The notes: generated by a model from the letters alone, not told the origin. Shown: positions 13,507 to 27,288, counted from the first letter of the stretch. The stretch: DNA of 64,000 bases from Tubulanus polymorphus (GCF_964204645.1 NC_134032.1:5754275-5818274), one strand, 5' to 3'. Translations and numbers: made by a program.

Positions 13507-15224
13507 TATGTGACTGTTAATCAGAGGTTTACAATATCCCAAAAATATCATAATTTCAATATTTTGCCAGGAAAAAGGTTGCAAATAGTACGAATCCTGG
13601 TGAAGTTTATCTGCGCTGTATGAGTCATCATTATAAGTTGCAGGTCTGTGAGGCCTACCCGTATGTATATCTTCCCTTTTCATTTCGGTCTATCTCCCAT
13701 TAAGAAAATGTGAAAAATATTTTTCAATTTTCTCTGGTGCTTTTTTTACTGACAACAGAGCTCGAACATATTCGTGCACTACTTGCAATAAAACTTTTAT
13801 AGAATTTGTTCATGTTATCGTTCCCCGAAGAAGCTACATAACATGGCAACTGTTGTTATTGGTTGCTTTCTGTAATCCATAAATGTGGTTTGATGTTGTT
13901 AAAGACCGAGGGACAAGATAACCACCTCCTGATCCCCCTATGACATCGTCGTTATCTTTTTAAGTTCTTTCGAAGCGTAATTGGTACCTATACGCTATTA
14001 CGGTAGGAGATGTTATCGTGGGATTTCTCAGAGGCGGCCATGTTTTCTAGAAAGGTCTACTATGAAGGGCAGTTCACGCGTTTTCTGAAAAAACTTAAAC
14101 AAAATTAGGAGGTCGATGACCTCTTCCTCTTAGGTAAATTTCGAGTGCCATATAATTACAAATTGTGTTAATATTCTATGATATAGTAAAATCATGAAAT
14201 GATTTTAACTATCAATTGATCACTGGAAGTTTTGAGTGAACTTTTAATCGAAAAAGATATTTCTAGGCATCAATCTGTAGCCTGAAGACTGCACCCCTCA
14301 GCCTGGACTATGCGCACTACTTAGACATTTGATTCTAATCACCATTCTTCATTACATGTACCAATATTTGATCCACACTAAACATGGGTTCAGGACTTCA
14401 CCTCAGACATTTTCAATTGAAAATTTACTACAAACATTAGACCGTTTATTGACACACCTTCGAAAATCTGATCATCCACACTTCACTACAATAGTGAATG
14501 TGTAAATGGATGGTTGCAGGCAGCAGATTGATACCTCCACAAACCATTTTTCCTGTTAATGAGGTTTTAAGATTCTAAAAATAAACAATGCGTGTTTAAA
14601 TTATATCGGCAGCATGGTGATAACAAAGCACTTAAAATAAATGAAAGGAGTTTTATTAAAACTCAAGGGAAAAATGCTTTTGTAAAAAGATTTTTTTGGT
14701 CAGAGACAAAATGAGTTTAACCGATGACAATAAATTTTTCATACATGTATTACTACTTCTCGAATATATTTTTATTAGCCAATAGGTGGCGTGCCTAGAC
14801 CCTTTCACACCAGTGTGCATAACTAGGGATTGGAATGTAAATATTGAAGATATAATCGAATGTAAATGTTCTCTATAAACTCCTAGTGAAATTAAAGTAC
14901 CGGTATGCGTGAAAAATTCAGGACCACATTTTAAAAATGGTGTCAAATATCTTAGTGTAAATTTCCTGTAAATATCTTACTTTTTGTCTCGTGAAAAGTT
15001 GTCTGAATTGCTATAATATTATTCTGAAAATCTGTGTTTTTGTCGCAATTAAAAGTAACGGTTTTCTGGGGCGGATGGACAGACAGTTGATCTTAAGTTC
15101 CTTTTAGTTTTGTGCAAGAATTCACTGAAGGTATCATACTCTCTTGGTAGTGGTTGAACATTTATTATGTGGACTGCTGGGCCTGGTTTCTTTGACGTGG
15201 TTCCACAGTGGTTAAAGTGGTGTT

Positions 15225-16155
15225 AAATCTTAAGACTGGTCTTCAGTTGTTAGATTGGTTACAGAACCGAAATTAGCTTTGACTGGTCTCAATTTCTTAG
15301 TTTGGTTTTAGAACTAAAATGAGCTCAGAATGGTTTAAGTCGTTAGTTTGGTTGATAGCCAAAATTAGTCAGAGATTGGTTTTGAGCTATTTGATGAGCT
15401 ATAAAACCAAAATGGGCTTTGACTATTCCTAAAGTGTTGGATTGGTTATAAAACCAATATGAGTTTACAGTGGTCTAAAAGTTGTTAGATTGGTTTTCAG
15501 GCCCGTGCCAAGCTTTTTGGAAGGGCGTTTTTATTTCAAAAAAGTGCTTTTTCGCCGTGAAAAAATCTTACAAATCTTAGACACTAAGTGCCCAGGTACC
15601 TGAATTAATCTTTTTAGAATGGATGACTTAACATTCCAAAAAAAAAAACATGAAAATTACGAAAAATCTTGACCTAAATTTGACTTTTTGAAAGGCACTA
15701 TGAAAAATTTTAGGGGGTTTGTTTTATGGGGCTACTGATGAACTCCCCCTCCCCCCCCCCATTGACACGGGCCTGGTTAAATGACTGAAATTGTTGTTAA
15801 GCTATAGAACTAAAATGGTCTTTAAGTCTTAAACCATCCAGTTCTACAGTTCTGAGTTGGAATGGAATGTATAACCCTAGCATTAAATCATACTTAGAAC
15901 TGGATCCAGTTTAGCACATTTCATAGGGGTACAGAGTTGCAGTTCATAGGTGGTCTTAAAAAACATAAGACTGGTACTAATTTGTTAATCGGTGACTAAC
16001 TATATACGAAGCCAAGGGCCAGTTGTACAGTCATGGCTTAGATTTAAGACCACCTTAGTTCTAACAAGCAGTTATACAAGCAGATATATTTATTGAAGAC
16101 CGCGTTTGGACTATGACTGCGCAACTGGGCCCAGAACTTAGACTGGTCCTAAACC
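15225..16155. repeat. Dispersed ~47-bp minisatellite family (agactggtc..aagttgttagattggttatagaaccaaaatgagc)
   Basis: Several degenerate units here; same unit at about 1760-1890 and 41720-41890. Confidence 0.65.
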
Positions 16156-17306
16156 CTCAACTATGGAACAGGTGAACCAGGTAGAGTTGTTCTAGAATAG
16201 ATGGATAGCCCTACCCATTAAAGATGACTATTTATGTGCTGCCATCTATATTGTAAATAAGACACTATGTCAGTTGTCGCAGAGTTAAGTCTAATGCGCA
16301 GTGAATGAATGGTCGATCAATGAATAACTCGACCTATAAATAAATCAGTATCATGTCACGGAAAACAACATTGCTGGATGTGTTTATTTCTTTTGAGGAG
16401 TTTCCCTTAAGGCTTGTAGTTATCTACAGGTCTTCTTTGATGAGTCCAAGTCAGTGTCTTCTTTCTGCAGAGCCAAGATAAGCCCAAGCCTTTCTCCTTA
16501 GATCTGAGAAAAGTCTGTATGCTCTCGGATCCATTCTTCTCACAGAAGGTACCTCGTGCCACTCGTCACCCACAAGAACCAGACAAAAAATTCAAATTGC
16601 CTAAAGGGAAAAATACATCCAGAAAATCCTGATCCATAAGAATCCTGTTGATAAACAAGGGTAAGTGTATTAAGCCTCTATCCTGGTTAGTCATATTTCT
16701 TTGATGCGCATGTCCTAATATGCTGTACTCATTAGAAAAATTCCGACTGCATTGTCAGAAAAATTAGGCTCGGTACACTATACCTACCATACCCTAGCCA
16801 AACGCTATAAACCACATAAACCATCAAAGCAACTACATTTACTACGGTACAACCTCGTTTCAGCGAACTCGGATACAACGATTCATCGGATATAGAGAAC
16901 ATAGAATTCCATCTCTAGTAAGAAAATCCAATTGATTTCTTTCAAGATACAATGAACTTTCAGTTCTAGTTCTTCTATTTCTACCTATTATTGGCCAACT
17001 TCATCATGTTGAAGATTTTTGCCAGGTACGGACTTTTGTTGTTAAATCAGTGAGTTGACGGGCACTGGTGTGTCCTACCTGTATAACTAAGTTACACTAG
17101 CATTCGAGCCCACTTCTCGGTTGTGAGCCTAACACCTTATCCACCATGCCACAATGTAATTTCAAGCCCACCTCTCGGTTGTGAGCCTAACACCTTATCC
17201 ACCATGCCACAGTGTAGTTTCAATGGACATGTTTTCTTGTCCCGTGCAATTCGCTGTAACTAAGTTCCACTGTGCTGCCTTACATAATTAATCCTTTTCA
17301 CGGTTT

Positions 17307-20250
17307 AACTAGGGGTCTAGGGACACCATGCCCGCTTGGGAAGTGGTTTCAAGTGCTCAACAATCTTACAATTTCAATATTCAACGCCCCCTAGTGACCA
17401 TATACAACAACAAATGACATTGAAACTCGCCACTATCATAGAACATGACAGCAGCTACGATTTTGTAATTGATCGTGATAACAAAATATGCCTCGTTACC
17501 AATCTAATATGGAAAACTAAGTTATCTTACTATCCAACGCCCCCCTGGTGACCATATGCAAAACCCAATGACCTTGAAACTCACCACAATTATAGAACAT
17601 TTCATGAACTACAACTTCGCAAGTGATCATGGTAACAAAATACAGTGGAACCTCGTTCTAACGACCTCGGAACTAACGAACCATCGCTTGTTACGTACGA
17701 AAAACAAATCCCCAGCCAAATCCTTCTCATTTGCAGTTAAACTTCATCGGAAACAACGACCCCTTTTCTGGTGTTCTTGGTTCTAACGATCGCCAAGCCA
17801 CGATCAATCACACTTCTTTATTTGTTGTCAGTTTCAAACCGAGAGACAGTGTTGCTTTATTTATCTTAGATTAGTGTGATACAGATTAACGATGTGTTGC
17901 TGGCTGCTACAAATTGTAGTACGGTAGTTGGTCATCGTTTCAGACTGTTTACAGTGATATGCACACGCGCTTAATGAAAACGTACTTCGCAAAACGATTG
18001 AGACCATCAGAGAAATTGAAAAAGTTTAGCAACGGACTTTTTGCGCGTTGCCAATTTTACAAAACTGAAAATTCAAACGATTGAATTTATGTGTTAATAC
18101 CAGTTTATTTTACGTCTTAATCAGTTGGAAAGCAGGCACAGAGTGATGATAATTAGTTACAGTATACACAGAATAGAATCGAATATTATACTACTTGATT
18201 ACTCATACTTCATCAGATCGTAACTGAGATTGTCCTAAAATGACTTTTCTTTAACTACATACTTAATACAAAGGCCTATTTCTACAAACAAATAATCATT
18301 AGCCGTCATTTTAGATTAAATACCTAATCTATAAAAATTGACTCTCAGTTCCAAATGTACGTGTTACATAAAGGTCTGATTTCTCAGCTAAGCCTAGGTA
18401 CACATTTATGCCAAAACATATATAAGATTTAACTATGAAAAATGGATGTAACTCACCTGAAAATTCAAACGATTGAATTTATGTGTTAATACCAGTTTAT
18501 TTTACGTCTTAATCAGTTGGATAGCAGGCACAGAGTGATCAAATCTGTGCTGCCAAAAACCAAGTTGATTAAGACACTCCCATCAAGAAATTAGTGACCA
18601 AAACTTCTAGCGATTGGTTCATCCAAATCTTAATGACCTATTAAGGCACTAATTACCTGATGAGAGCTAAACTAGTTGCGAGAGCAGGTGAGTTGAGAGT
18701 TGTTTATATTGCTATTACATCACTTATTCAAAAATAGTGCCAGTTCGCTAGGTAGACAAAATACTCAATAAACAAGACAGCCTACTTGAGCTGCCAAAAC
18801 GGTATCCGGGTAAAAGTGACAAAGACTAAGGGTTAGATCCATTAATGGACATAGGAAAAATCTACAAATATGTTTTCTTAGCTACAAATGACCTGGCAAA
18901 ATATTGATTACAATATTTAAACATAAAAACACAATCCGCAGTTCCAGATAAAAATACTCCTTGCTAAAAAAGGGACTAAACGCTCTCAAGTTTTCAAATT
19001 GTTCTGACGTTTTAACCAGCATAGCGTTGTTACATTCATTTCCTTGATCTCGTTCCATTACATCCCCTGGGAGGGACTTACGTGTCCAACACATGTTAAC
19101 ACTCGAAGTTAACAGAGAGCATATCTGAATTTGGTTTGAATACATATTTCATTTCATAGTTCACAGTTGCCAATCAACGATTTATTAGTTGACAGTATTA
19201 CTTGAATAGCAGGCCTACTCCAATGAAACCAGTTGGTTTGTGGTTCGTCACACCAGGGGCCGGTGTTCCTTTTCATACATGTGAAACGGATCTAACGAAC
19301 TTTTTATTTTGCCCCCAGCGGTTCATTAGAGCGAGGTTCACTGTTTGCCTAGGTACCGATCTAACTAAGAACTACATTATACTAAGAAGTTATTCTACTT
19401 TTCAACGCCCCCTGGTGACCATATAGAATAACTAATGTCCTTAAAACTTAGCACAAGCATAGACCTTGTCATGAGCTACAACTTTGCAATTGATTGTGGT
19501 AACAAAATATACATAGGTACAAATATAATATAGAAATACTAAGTTAGTGTATTATTCAACGCTATTATTCAATTATACAAAGACCAATGACTTAGAAACT
19601 CACCAAAATCATAGAACACGTTATAAGCTATAGCTTTCCAATTGATTGTGGTTACACAATATGCTTAGGTATCAATATAATGTGGACAACTTTTTCCCAC
19701 CTACAAATAAGTACTGATGACCACCAATTCCATCATAATTGGCTGATAAAAAATACCTGTCTCGTGTATAAAACATCCCTTGCCAAAGAATACCCATCAC
19801 AAATTGCAATGAGAAATGGCAAACTAGTAGGAAGCTACAGGACTCAGCATTTGGGTCAAAATTAGCATTTTTTGGCGCTGAAAAGGTCACAGGATGGCCA
19901 TCTTGAGTACAATCGAGCCAATTGCTCTCAAACTGATGGACACATGGGGGATTCAAATATACGAATTATCAAGGTAATTGATCAATGCATCTTCAAAATT
20001 TCCCTCAAAAATGTATTAATTAAGTCATGATTTTGGCGAACAACAATGGCTGCCAGTCGGTCATCTTGGTTTTGACAGGGCCAGGTTTTGGGCTGAAGAT
20101 GTGTCCAGGGTAGATACAAGTGTAACCCAAATATCAGGGCATTACATTGAAGCGTCTTCAAAACTTAACAAAATAACTGGATTCCGTCTACGGACGGACG
20201 ATGAGTGAATGAAATGGCTCGCTGGGACTTAGGTCCCAGTGGGCTAAAAA
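17307..20250 (-). mobile_element. Near full-length Helentron/HINE-like element with internal tandem subrepeats, interrupted by a TIR element
   Basis: AACTAGGGGTC..GGGACACCATGCC at the left end, GGACGGACG..GCTGGGACTTAGGTCCCAGTGGGCTAAAAA at the right; repeated TCAACGCCCCCTGGTGACCATAT units. Confidence 0.7.
17643..19343. mobile_element. pogo/Tigger-like non-autonomous element nested in the HINE subrepeat
   Basis: TIRs CAGTGGAACCTCGTTCTAA...TTAGAGCGAGGTTCACTG split the host unit AACAAAATA|TGCCTAGGTACC; the right TA TSD has decayed to TT. Confidence 0.75.
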
Positions 20251-20667
20251 CTGCCAACAACTTGAATTGGCGCTACAACGCCGCAGACCATCATCTACTC
20301 CATTCTACTTGGTATCCAAGTCAGTGTCCTTGCTCCAAAACGAAGTCGTAAGTTTTGAGATCATCAAACTCCTCTGGATGTAACAACTAAGGTCAGATTC
20401 AAGCTTCCTTGCTTCTCGAGAGTACAGCCCTACCATTTACCACCAACCCGCCAGGTTTTCTCAATGGTCTCGAAACAATACAGTACATAGTAAAACACCC
20501 ACTGTATACCGCCATACTTTTTATACCACCAAAATCGTTCTGCACTGATGTGGGCAGTATATTGGGAGTTGACTGTAAATCAAACCAAAGAAATCAAACT
20601 ACTATCTTAATTTTAGGATATTTTTTTCCCTTTTTATTTCGAGCCGTGAAACAGTTAAACTCAAAAT

Positions 20668-20876
20668 TTAAATCATTCGTTTCAACAACGCATTGATGTA
20701 ATCCTCACGATTACCGAAATCGCCTCCATCCACGAAGTGATTGTTCTTCTTTCTCCAGCCACCTGTTGGTGTGTTCAATTTGAACGGCCACAAGAAGTTC
20801 GATGCCTTCTTGAAGTTTGGGCCGCAAGTGAAAATCTCGTGGATCAGATCTTCCATGCAGATAATACCGCAGCGAC
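20668..20876 (-). CDS. RPL7: 60S ribosomal protein L7 (uL30), exon 5 (last)
   Basis: [64 protein letters not shown]; ccag acceptor; AATAAA about 30 nt after the stop. Confidence 0.97.
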
Positions 20877-21315
20877 CTGGAAAAACAATAGGACAATCAG
20901 GATAAGATCTAAGGCAACTTCCAAAACATTTTCATGGGTACTGGAATTCTTCGTGACAAGAGCGGGCTCTTCCATATTCCATTCCCTGACCCTTAACCAA
21001 AGTCCCCCCCCCCCCCGATTACATCATTCACGACAAGATATCCTCAGCAGGGGCTGTTTCTTATTAAGAGGTTCCTTTTTTCACTTGTCACCAGCAAAAA
21101 CAATAAGAACCCTAAAAGGGGCACTACTGACAGTCTATCGGTTTGATGCAATCTGTGGGTTGTTAAAATAAACTTCCGCTCAATAAAATTACGCAGTACA
21201 GACGAGATGACAGGAATGAATACCTCAGATCAATATTTTCCATCCACAGTCACCTTATTGATTTGAATGCGAAGTAAAATTGAATTGGATTGATGTAAAA
21301 TTGTTAAATAAAATA

Positions 21316-21917
21316 CAGTCAATGCTCCGACTGTCAAAATTTTGGCGATTTAACAAAATTACCGTCATGTGAAATGACATAGGATATACAATATGACTAT
21401 TTACCAAATCCAAAATTGGACATTATTTGATCCAATTTAGGAAGGCTAAAGGTTTTAGCTCATTTCCTTTAGACAGAAATAAAAGACCAATGGTCTTGTA
21501 GCTCACCTGACCATTAACTAATAGGCAGTTTAAAGACTTGTTATATCCCATGTCTAAAATGGATTAGACGTTGGTCTTATTGCAAGGGCCGGTGGCAAGA
21601 TGGGAAGAGGAAAATCGATATACACACTGCCTTTCAAACCTTCAAAGGAGCGATTAAAATCATTTCCTTTAGACAGAAAAAATTGTGTGATACTGCCACT
21701 TGTATCGATTCTTAACCAAGACTGGAAACGTCATAGTCAAAAGATCGTTGGTGGTATAATAACTAATGTTTTCTCAATGAGTTTGAAAAGGACTGTTCTA
21801 TGATTTCGTTGGCGTCATGGCGGAGAGTGAGAGGTGGTATAACGAGAGTTACATACACATAGATACCAAATGAACTATGCGCAAGGAAATTCTTGGCGAT
21901 ATAACGAGCTTTGACTG
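21316..21917. mobile_element. Tc1/mariner-type MITE in RPL7 intron 4
   Basis: TA|CAGTCAATGCTC...GAGCTTTGACTG|TA. Confidence 0.7.
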
Positions 21918-22045
21918 TAGAATAAAATTTCATTGATATTGCTCCATTTGTATAGTAAATTCAATCTCAACTTCCTCCCAATTTCCAAGAGTTGGAATTC
22001 CCTGATCCTTGAGAACACGCCACACGCCCTAAAACATTGTTATCA

Positions 22046-22181
22046 TTTTATCCCTTGCGATTTAGTCCAGCCTGTTTGGTTTTAGACAAACATCTGGGTG
22101 GAGATAAGGTTTTTATTTAGCATTCAATTCCACGCGCTAGTAGTTATCTAGAAACTTAAGCGTTCTACTAATTCGAATGCG
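22046..22181 (-). ncRNA. Box H/ACA snoRNA copy A (RPL7 intron 4); 3' pocket fits the 18S site equivalent to human U1347 (SNORA4/snR83-like)
   Basis: Hairpin-hinge-hairpin-tail fold; GCATTC/GAATGC basal stem is a compensatory change versus GCACTC/GAGTGC in the other copies; H box AAATAA; AUA tail; guides CTCCAC and ACTAA. Confidence 0.8.
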
Positions 22182-22228
22182 TAGTACTACGAAAGACCGG
22201 ACCAAAGTTTACAACCAACGATACTTAC

Positions 22229-22338
22229 CAAGATTTTTCTCGATGATGCTGTTGTCGGTCAGCGGCACCCGCCGTCCATCAACTTTCCCATAGCCTCGTT
22301 TGTATATCAGCTCGCGGACGCTCTTTAAGTTGGCGTAT
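22229..22338 (-). CDS. RPL7: RPL7 exon 4
   Basis: [36 protein letters not shown]; tttag acceptor, GTAAGT donor. Confidence 0.97.
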
Positions 22339-22523
22339 CTAAAACAACAATACATCATCAAACAATTTCCTAAATTCCATCCCACCCCAATTACCCTGAC
22401 CGCATAAACTCTTAAAATGGCTCATAAGAGGCAGACGCTTAAATTTCTTAATCCCATTATCACTTAAGGCAATTCACACAGCACTGACGGACAGACGTTC
22501 TCAGGTCAAATATTTCCGATATA

Positions 22524-22659
22524 TTATGTCCCTTGTGATTTTAGTCCAGCCTGTTCAGTTCAATAAACATCTGGGTGGAGAAAAGGTTGTAATTTTGCAC
22601 TCAGTTCCACGCGCTAAAAGGTACTGACGAACCAGAAGCGTTCTACTAATTTGAGTGCA
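22524..22659 (-). ncRNA. Box H/ACA snoRNA copy B (RPL7 intron 3)
   Basis: Same fold, H box AAATTA, ACA box; guides match 18S UUAGU-(U)G-GUGGAG. Confidence 0.85.
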
Positions 22660-23587
22660 TCGGAAAATGACCAGTCATTTTGAGTTTGATGGGGCATGGC
22701 CTCGCGTCATTTTAAGATTTAAAATGATCAGACTTTTATCCTTGCAGCCATTTTAAACGTTTGGTACCCAAATATCAATTGAATCAAAAACCAATTTTGT
22801 GAAATTGGTCATGGACCAGGATTCCAAGGGGTCGTAGGATATAGTTGCTAGCCTGCTGTAAGCTAGGCTTTTAAACAGGAGACCCTAGTGGGACTATGGC
22901 CAGCCTGTCACCTTTTCATAAAATGGCAAATGATGCATTCTGTGGTTTATATTTATCAAAATACACTCAATACCTCATATCCAATACAATTGTGTTTTCA
23001 GAAGTAGCACAGACAGCGACTGCAGCTGGATTTGATATTTTTTGAAGAATAAAATTTGATTGAATCTTAAATTTGACACATGGCTAGTTAGCAATCAAGG
23101 TCATCCATCTGATTTGAGAAAATTTGAGACAATTTTCCCCGGAGTTTGCATAATTGTCAATGATATTTACTGTAGCGCAAATAAAAAATGCCTCCCAAAA
23201 ACCAAATTAACAAAAGATTTCACAGAAATCGATCTTGATATACAATTTTAAATCTTAAAACAAAACAGTAGAAATTACCGTGGCTTCACGTGAACACCTG
23301 CTGATCTCTGTGGCTTAGCCAATCACAGAAGAGTCTTTGCTTTCTAATTGTCTTTTTAAAACAGTTATCATAACGTTCAGATTTTCGCAAAAAAAGCTCA
23401 TATATATTTTAACCAGGCGCCTTAACCAAATTCAGCTTCATGGGATTTGGAGAATGGATAATGCTTTGAATGAATGATTAGTATGAATATATACTCAGTT
23501 CCACAGTCTAAGAGCCTTACTCTGGAAACCATGTCATTTAAATTCACTCCACTTGTTTAGTTATAGGCTCAGCCTACGGCTAGCCTA

Positions 23588-24915
23588 AACTAGGGGTCCA
23601 GGGACACCATGCCCACTTGGGAAGTGGTTCCAAATGCTCAACAATCTAACAATTTCAATATTCAACGCCCCCTGGTGACCATATACAGAATCCAATGACC
23701 TTGAAACTCACCACAATCATAGAACATGTCACGAACTATAACTTTGTAATTAATCATGGTAACAAAATATGCCTAGGTACCAATATAATAAGGAAATACT
23801 AAGTTATTCTACTATTTAACGCCCCCTGGGAATAGAATAATTAATGGCCTTAAAACTTGCCACAATCATAGATGATGTCATGAGCTACAACTTTGCAATT
23901 TATTGTGGTTACAAAATATGCATTGATACGAATATAATATAGAAATACTAAGATATTGCATTATTCAATGCCCCCTGGTGGCCATATACAAAAACCAATG
24001 ACCTTGAAACTCACCACAATCATAGAACACGTTATGAGCTACCACTTTCTAAATGATTGTGGTAACAAAATACGCTTAGGTATCAATATAATGTGGAACA
24101 AGAGCCCCAAGGGGCACAATGGCCAGCCTGTCAGATTTGCTTTTTATAAATGATGTAATCTGTGGGTTATATTTATCAATATACACTCCCTGCTCAATAT
24201 CATTTACATAGTAAAATCGTGTGTTAACACAGACAGCAGGAACGAATGTAATATAGAAATACTAAGTTATTGTATTGTTCAACGCCCCCTGGTGGCCATA
24301 AACAAAAACCAATGAGCTTGAAACTCATCTCGATCGTAGAACATGTCATGAGCTACAACTTTCCAATTGATTATAGTAGCAAAATATGCTTAAGTATCAA
24401 TTATGATGTGGAAAAACTTTTTTTCCACCTACGAATGAGTACTGATGACCCCAAGATGGCAGCCAAGTGCGTCATAATTGCCTGGTCAAAAATACCCTCT
24501 CAGATATAAAAGATCCCTTTCCAAAGAATACCCATTACAAATTGCAATGAAACATGGCACACCATTAGAAAGCTACAGTACTCAGAATTCAGGCCAAAAT
24601 TGACATTTTTGGGAACAAAAAAGGTTACAGTACGGCCATCTTAAGTCCGATCGACCCAATTTTTCTCATGCCGATGGGCCCTTGGGGGATACAAATATAT
24701 ACGAATGATCAAGGTAATTGATAAAAGTGTCTTCAAAATTTCCCTCGAAAACTTCAAAAATGTGTAAAAAGTGCTGATTTTGGCGAACAACAATGGCTGC
24801 CAGTCGACCATCTTGAATCTGACAGGGCCAGTTTTTGGCCTGAAGATGTGTCTAGGGTAGATACACGTATAAACCAAATATCAAGACATTACCTTGAAGC
24901 GTCTTCAAAACTTTG
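23588..24915 (-). mobile_element. HINE-like element with tandem subrepeats (head missing)
   Basis: High similarity to 17307-20250. Confidence 0.7.
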
Positions 24916-25827
24916 GAACTCTCACGAACTATCTAGATGGTTATCTCTCTACCTAAATAGCTTCAAGAGCCATCTCAAAACAACTTTGTTCCATGCAGCA
25001 TACCATTAACTCTCGGAAAGCGAATTGTATTTAACATTTTTTTGGCAGAATAAAATTTGATTGAATTTGCAATTCGGGCACATGGCTAATTAGCATATCA
25101 AGGTCATACACCCGATTTGGTAAAACCTTTTTTTTCGCGAACCTTGCGCAATTGTCAAGGATGAATTTTCTGAAGAGCAAATAAAAATTCCTCCCAAACA
25201 CCAAATCAACTAAAGATTTCATAGAAATCGATCTTGAAATACAATTTTAAATCTTAAAATAAAACCCGGAAGTAAAACAGTAGACGATACCGCAGGTTCG
25301 CGTGAACACCTGATTTCTGTAAACGAAATGTTGGTTGTGACAAAATTGTTCAGACGGTTTTAGGTGGTAATAAGTAGGCTACGGAAACGTAACGACCATG
25401 GTCGACTTATTCGATGAAATCAGGCCTATGTGATATCCAAATTTTGACTTTTTTATTCTCCAGACCTCCCTGATATAGAAATAAAAAATTTTGGTGGTAC
25501 GAAAGTGCAATCACAGCGCCGACGGGGACAGCGCCGTGTCAGAGATCGGCGGAGTGGAAATTGAGGTGGACGAACACGAAGAAGTAGGCTATTGCGCTAC
25601 TTGAATTACGAAAACTCCTGGCGCGGTCCCCGACGCTTTTCGTTGATTAAGTAATAAAAATATCATGCAATGGGTTTTCACAATCTACCGCTGGTATTTA
25701 CCGGATTTCAATATCACTCCAAAATTCAAAGAAACCTCGAAATATCGAACTGGAACACTTCCGGTAGATATCCGCGGCTGCCCAACCGGGAAACTTATTA
25801 GTTTCAATAGATATTGATAGGATCCAT

Positions 25828-26040
25828 CATCTTCACCCGTCAAGGGATTCGAACCCACTAAGCTAAAGCCATGCCAGAATCGGGTCGGGCTAATCACAGC
25901 GCTTGTAACAAACCACATTAGGCTTCTGTGGAATTTCCCAGTAAATGGGCCAATCAGCGAACACGTAGTGAACGCGGAAGCATTGTCGCGTGTTGATACA
26001 TAAAGTCATGCGCAAAAGCGCCAGTAATGAAATCGCGATA
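25828..26040. mobile_element. Internally deleted, truncated copy of the B-box-containing MITE
   Basis: Matches 34801-35055 with a deletion. Confidence 0.7.
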
Positions 26041-26343
26041 ATTCACGTGAACAGCTGCTGATATTTCAGATAAACCAATCACAGGGAAGACACAACTTCC
26101 TGATTGGCTGATAAAAATTGAAATTTTCCCGATTTAACTTTCGTGAAAAATGCAGAAAACATTTTTATGAGACCCTATTTCAAAATTCTGCTCGCTACGA
26201 TTCAGAGAATGGATTACGCTTTAATACGTGATTTGTTCGAATATGCCCTCACTTGGCAAGCAAAAGAGCCTTTTGTGTGGAAACCATGTCATTTAAATTC
26301 GCTCCATTTGTATAGTAATAGGCTCAGCCTACGGCTGGCCTAA

Positions 26344-26930
26344 AAACTTTTTCCCACTTACAATGAGTACTGCTGACACCAAGATGGCCGCCAATTGCGT
26401 CATAATTGGCTGATGAAAAATACCTGTCTCAGGTATAAAACATCCCTTTCCAAAGAATACCCACCACAAATTGCAATGAGAAATGATAAACCAGTAGGAA
26501 GCTACAGGACTCAGAATTTGGGCCAAAATTAACATTTTTGGTCACTAAAAAGGTCATAGGACGGCCATCTTGAGTCCGATCGACCCAATTTTTGTTATGC
26601 TGATGGGCCCTGGGGGAATCCACATATATCCGAAAGATCAAGGTAATTGATCAAAGCGTCTTCAAAATTTCCCTCAAAAAGTTCAAAAATGTGTAAAAAG
26701 TGCTGATTTTGGCGAACAACAATGGCTGCCAGCCGGCCATCTTGAATATGACAGGGCCAGTTTTCGGGCTGAAGATGTGTCTAGGGTAGATACATGTGTA
26801 ACCCAAATATCAAGACATTACCTTGAAGCGTCTTCAAAACTTCCCAAAATAACTGGATTCCGTCTACGGACGGACGGACGAGAAGTGAACGCAATAGCCC
26901 GCTGGGACTTAAGTCCCAAGTGGGCTAAAA
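26344..26930 (-). mobile_element. HINE-like element, head portion
   Basis: (GGAC)n tract and GCTGGGACTTAAGTCCCAAGTGGGCTAAAA head. Confidence 0.7.
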
Positions 26931-26933
26931 AGG

Positions 26934-27073
26934 TACTGTCCCTTGCGATTTAAGTCCAGCCTGTTTAGTTTTAGACAAACATCTGGGTGGAGATAAGGTT
27001 ACGATTTTGCACTCAGTTCCACACGCTTAATGTTACTGACAAACCTCAAGCATTCCACTAATCTTTGAGTGCA
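26934..27073 (-). ncRNA. Box H/ACA snoRNA copy C (RPL7 intron 3; possibly degenerate)
   Basis: Same fold and ACA, but the H box reads AAAATC and the 5' hairpin is altered; abuts a HINE insertion. Confidence 0.6.
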
Positions 27074-27288
27074 CGGGAAAATGACCAGTCATTTCGAGTT
27101 TGACGGGGCACGCCATTTAAAGATTTATACTATGGCCTCAACTTAAATTCTTGCTGCCATAAAAATGTGAAATATCAAATAGCAATTATATCAAAAACTG
27201 TATCATGAAACTGGTCGTCTACCAGATTCTAGGGGGTCATAGGATATCAGTTGCTACCCCGCTGTACACTAGGCTCTAATAATTGGGT

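Noticed and set aside
16446-20329. Shared 14-mer TCCAAGTCAGTGTC at ~16446 and ~20316
   Set aside because: Flanks do not align, and a few 14-bp matches are expected by chance in 64 kb.
21050-21300. Possible further snoRNAs in RPL7 intron 4 (ACA-ended stem at ~21055; CTGA at ~21225)
   Set aside because: No convincing pocket or H box, and no matching C box.
21930-22030. Possible poison exon after snoRNA A (ttttag|GGCGTGTGG...)
   Set aside because: An acceptor is present but no donor was identified, and it runs into a MITE; too weak without RNA data.
17336-26641. Short ORFs repeated within HINE-like copies (e.g. MTLKLTTIIEH)
   Set aside because: Translations of a non-coding repeat; frames are not preserved among copies.
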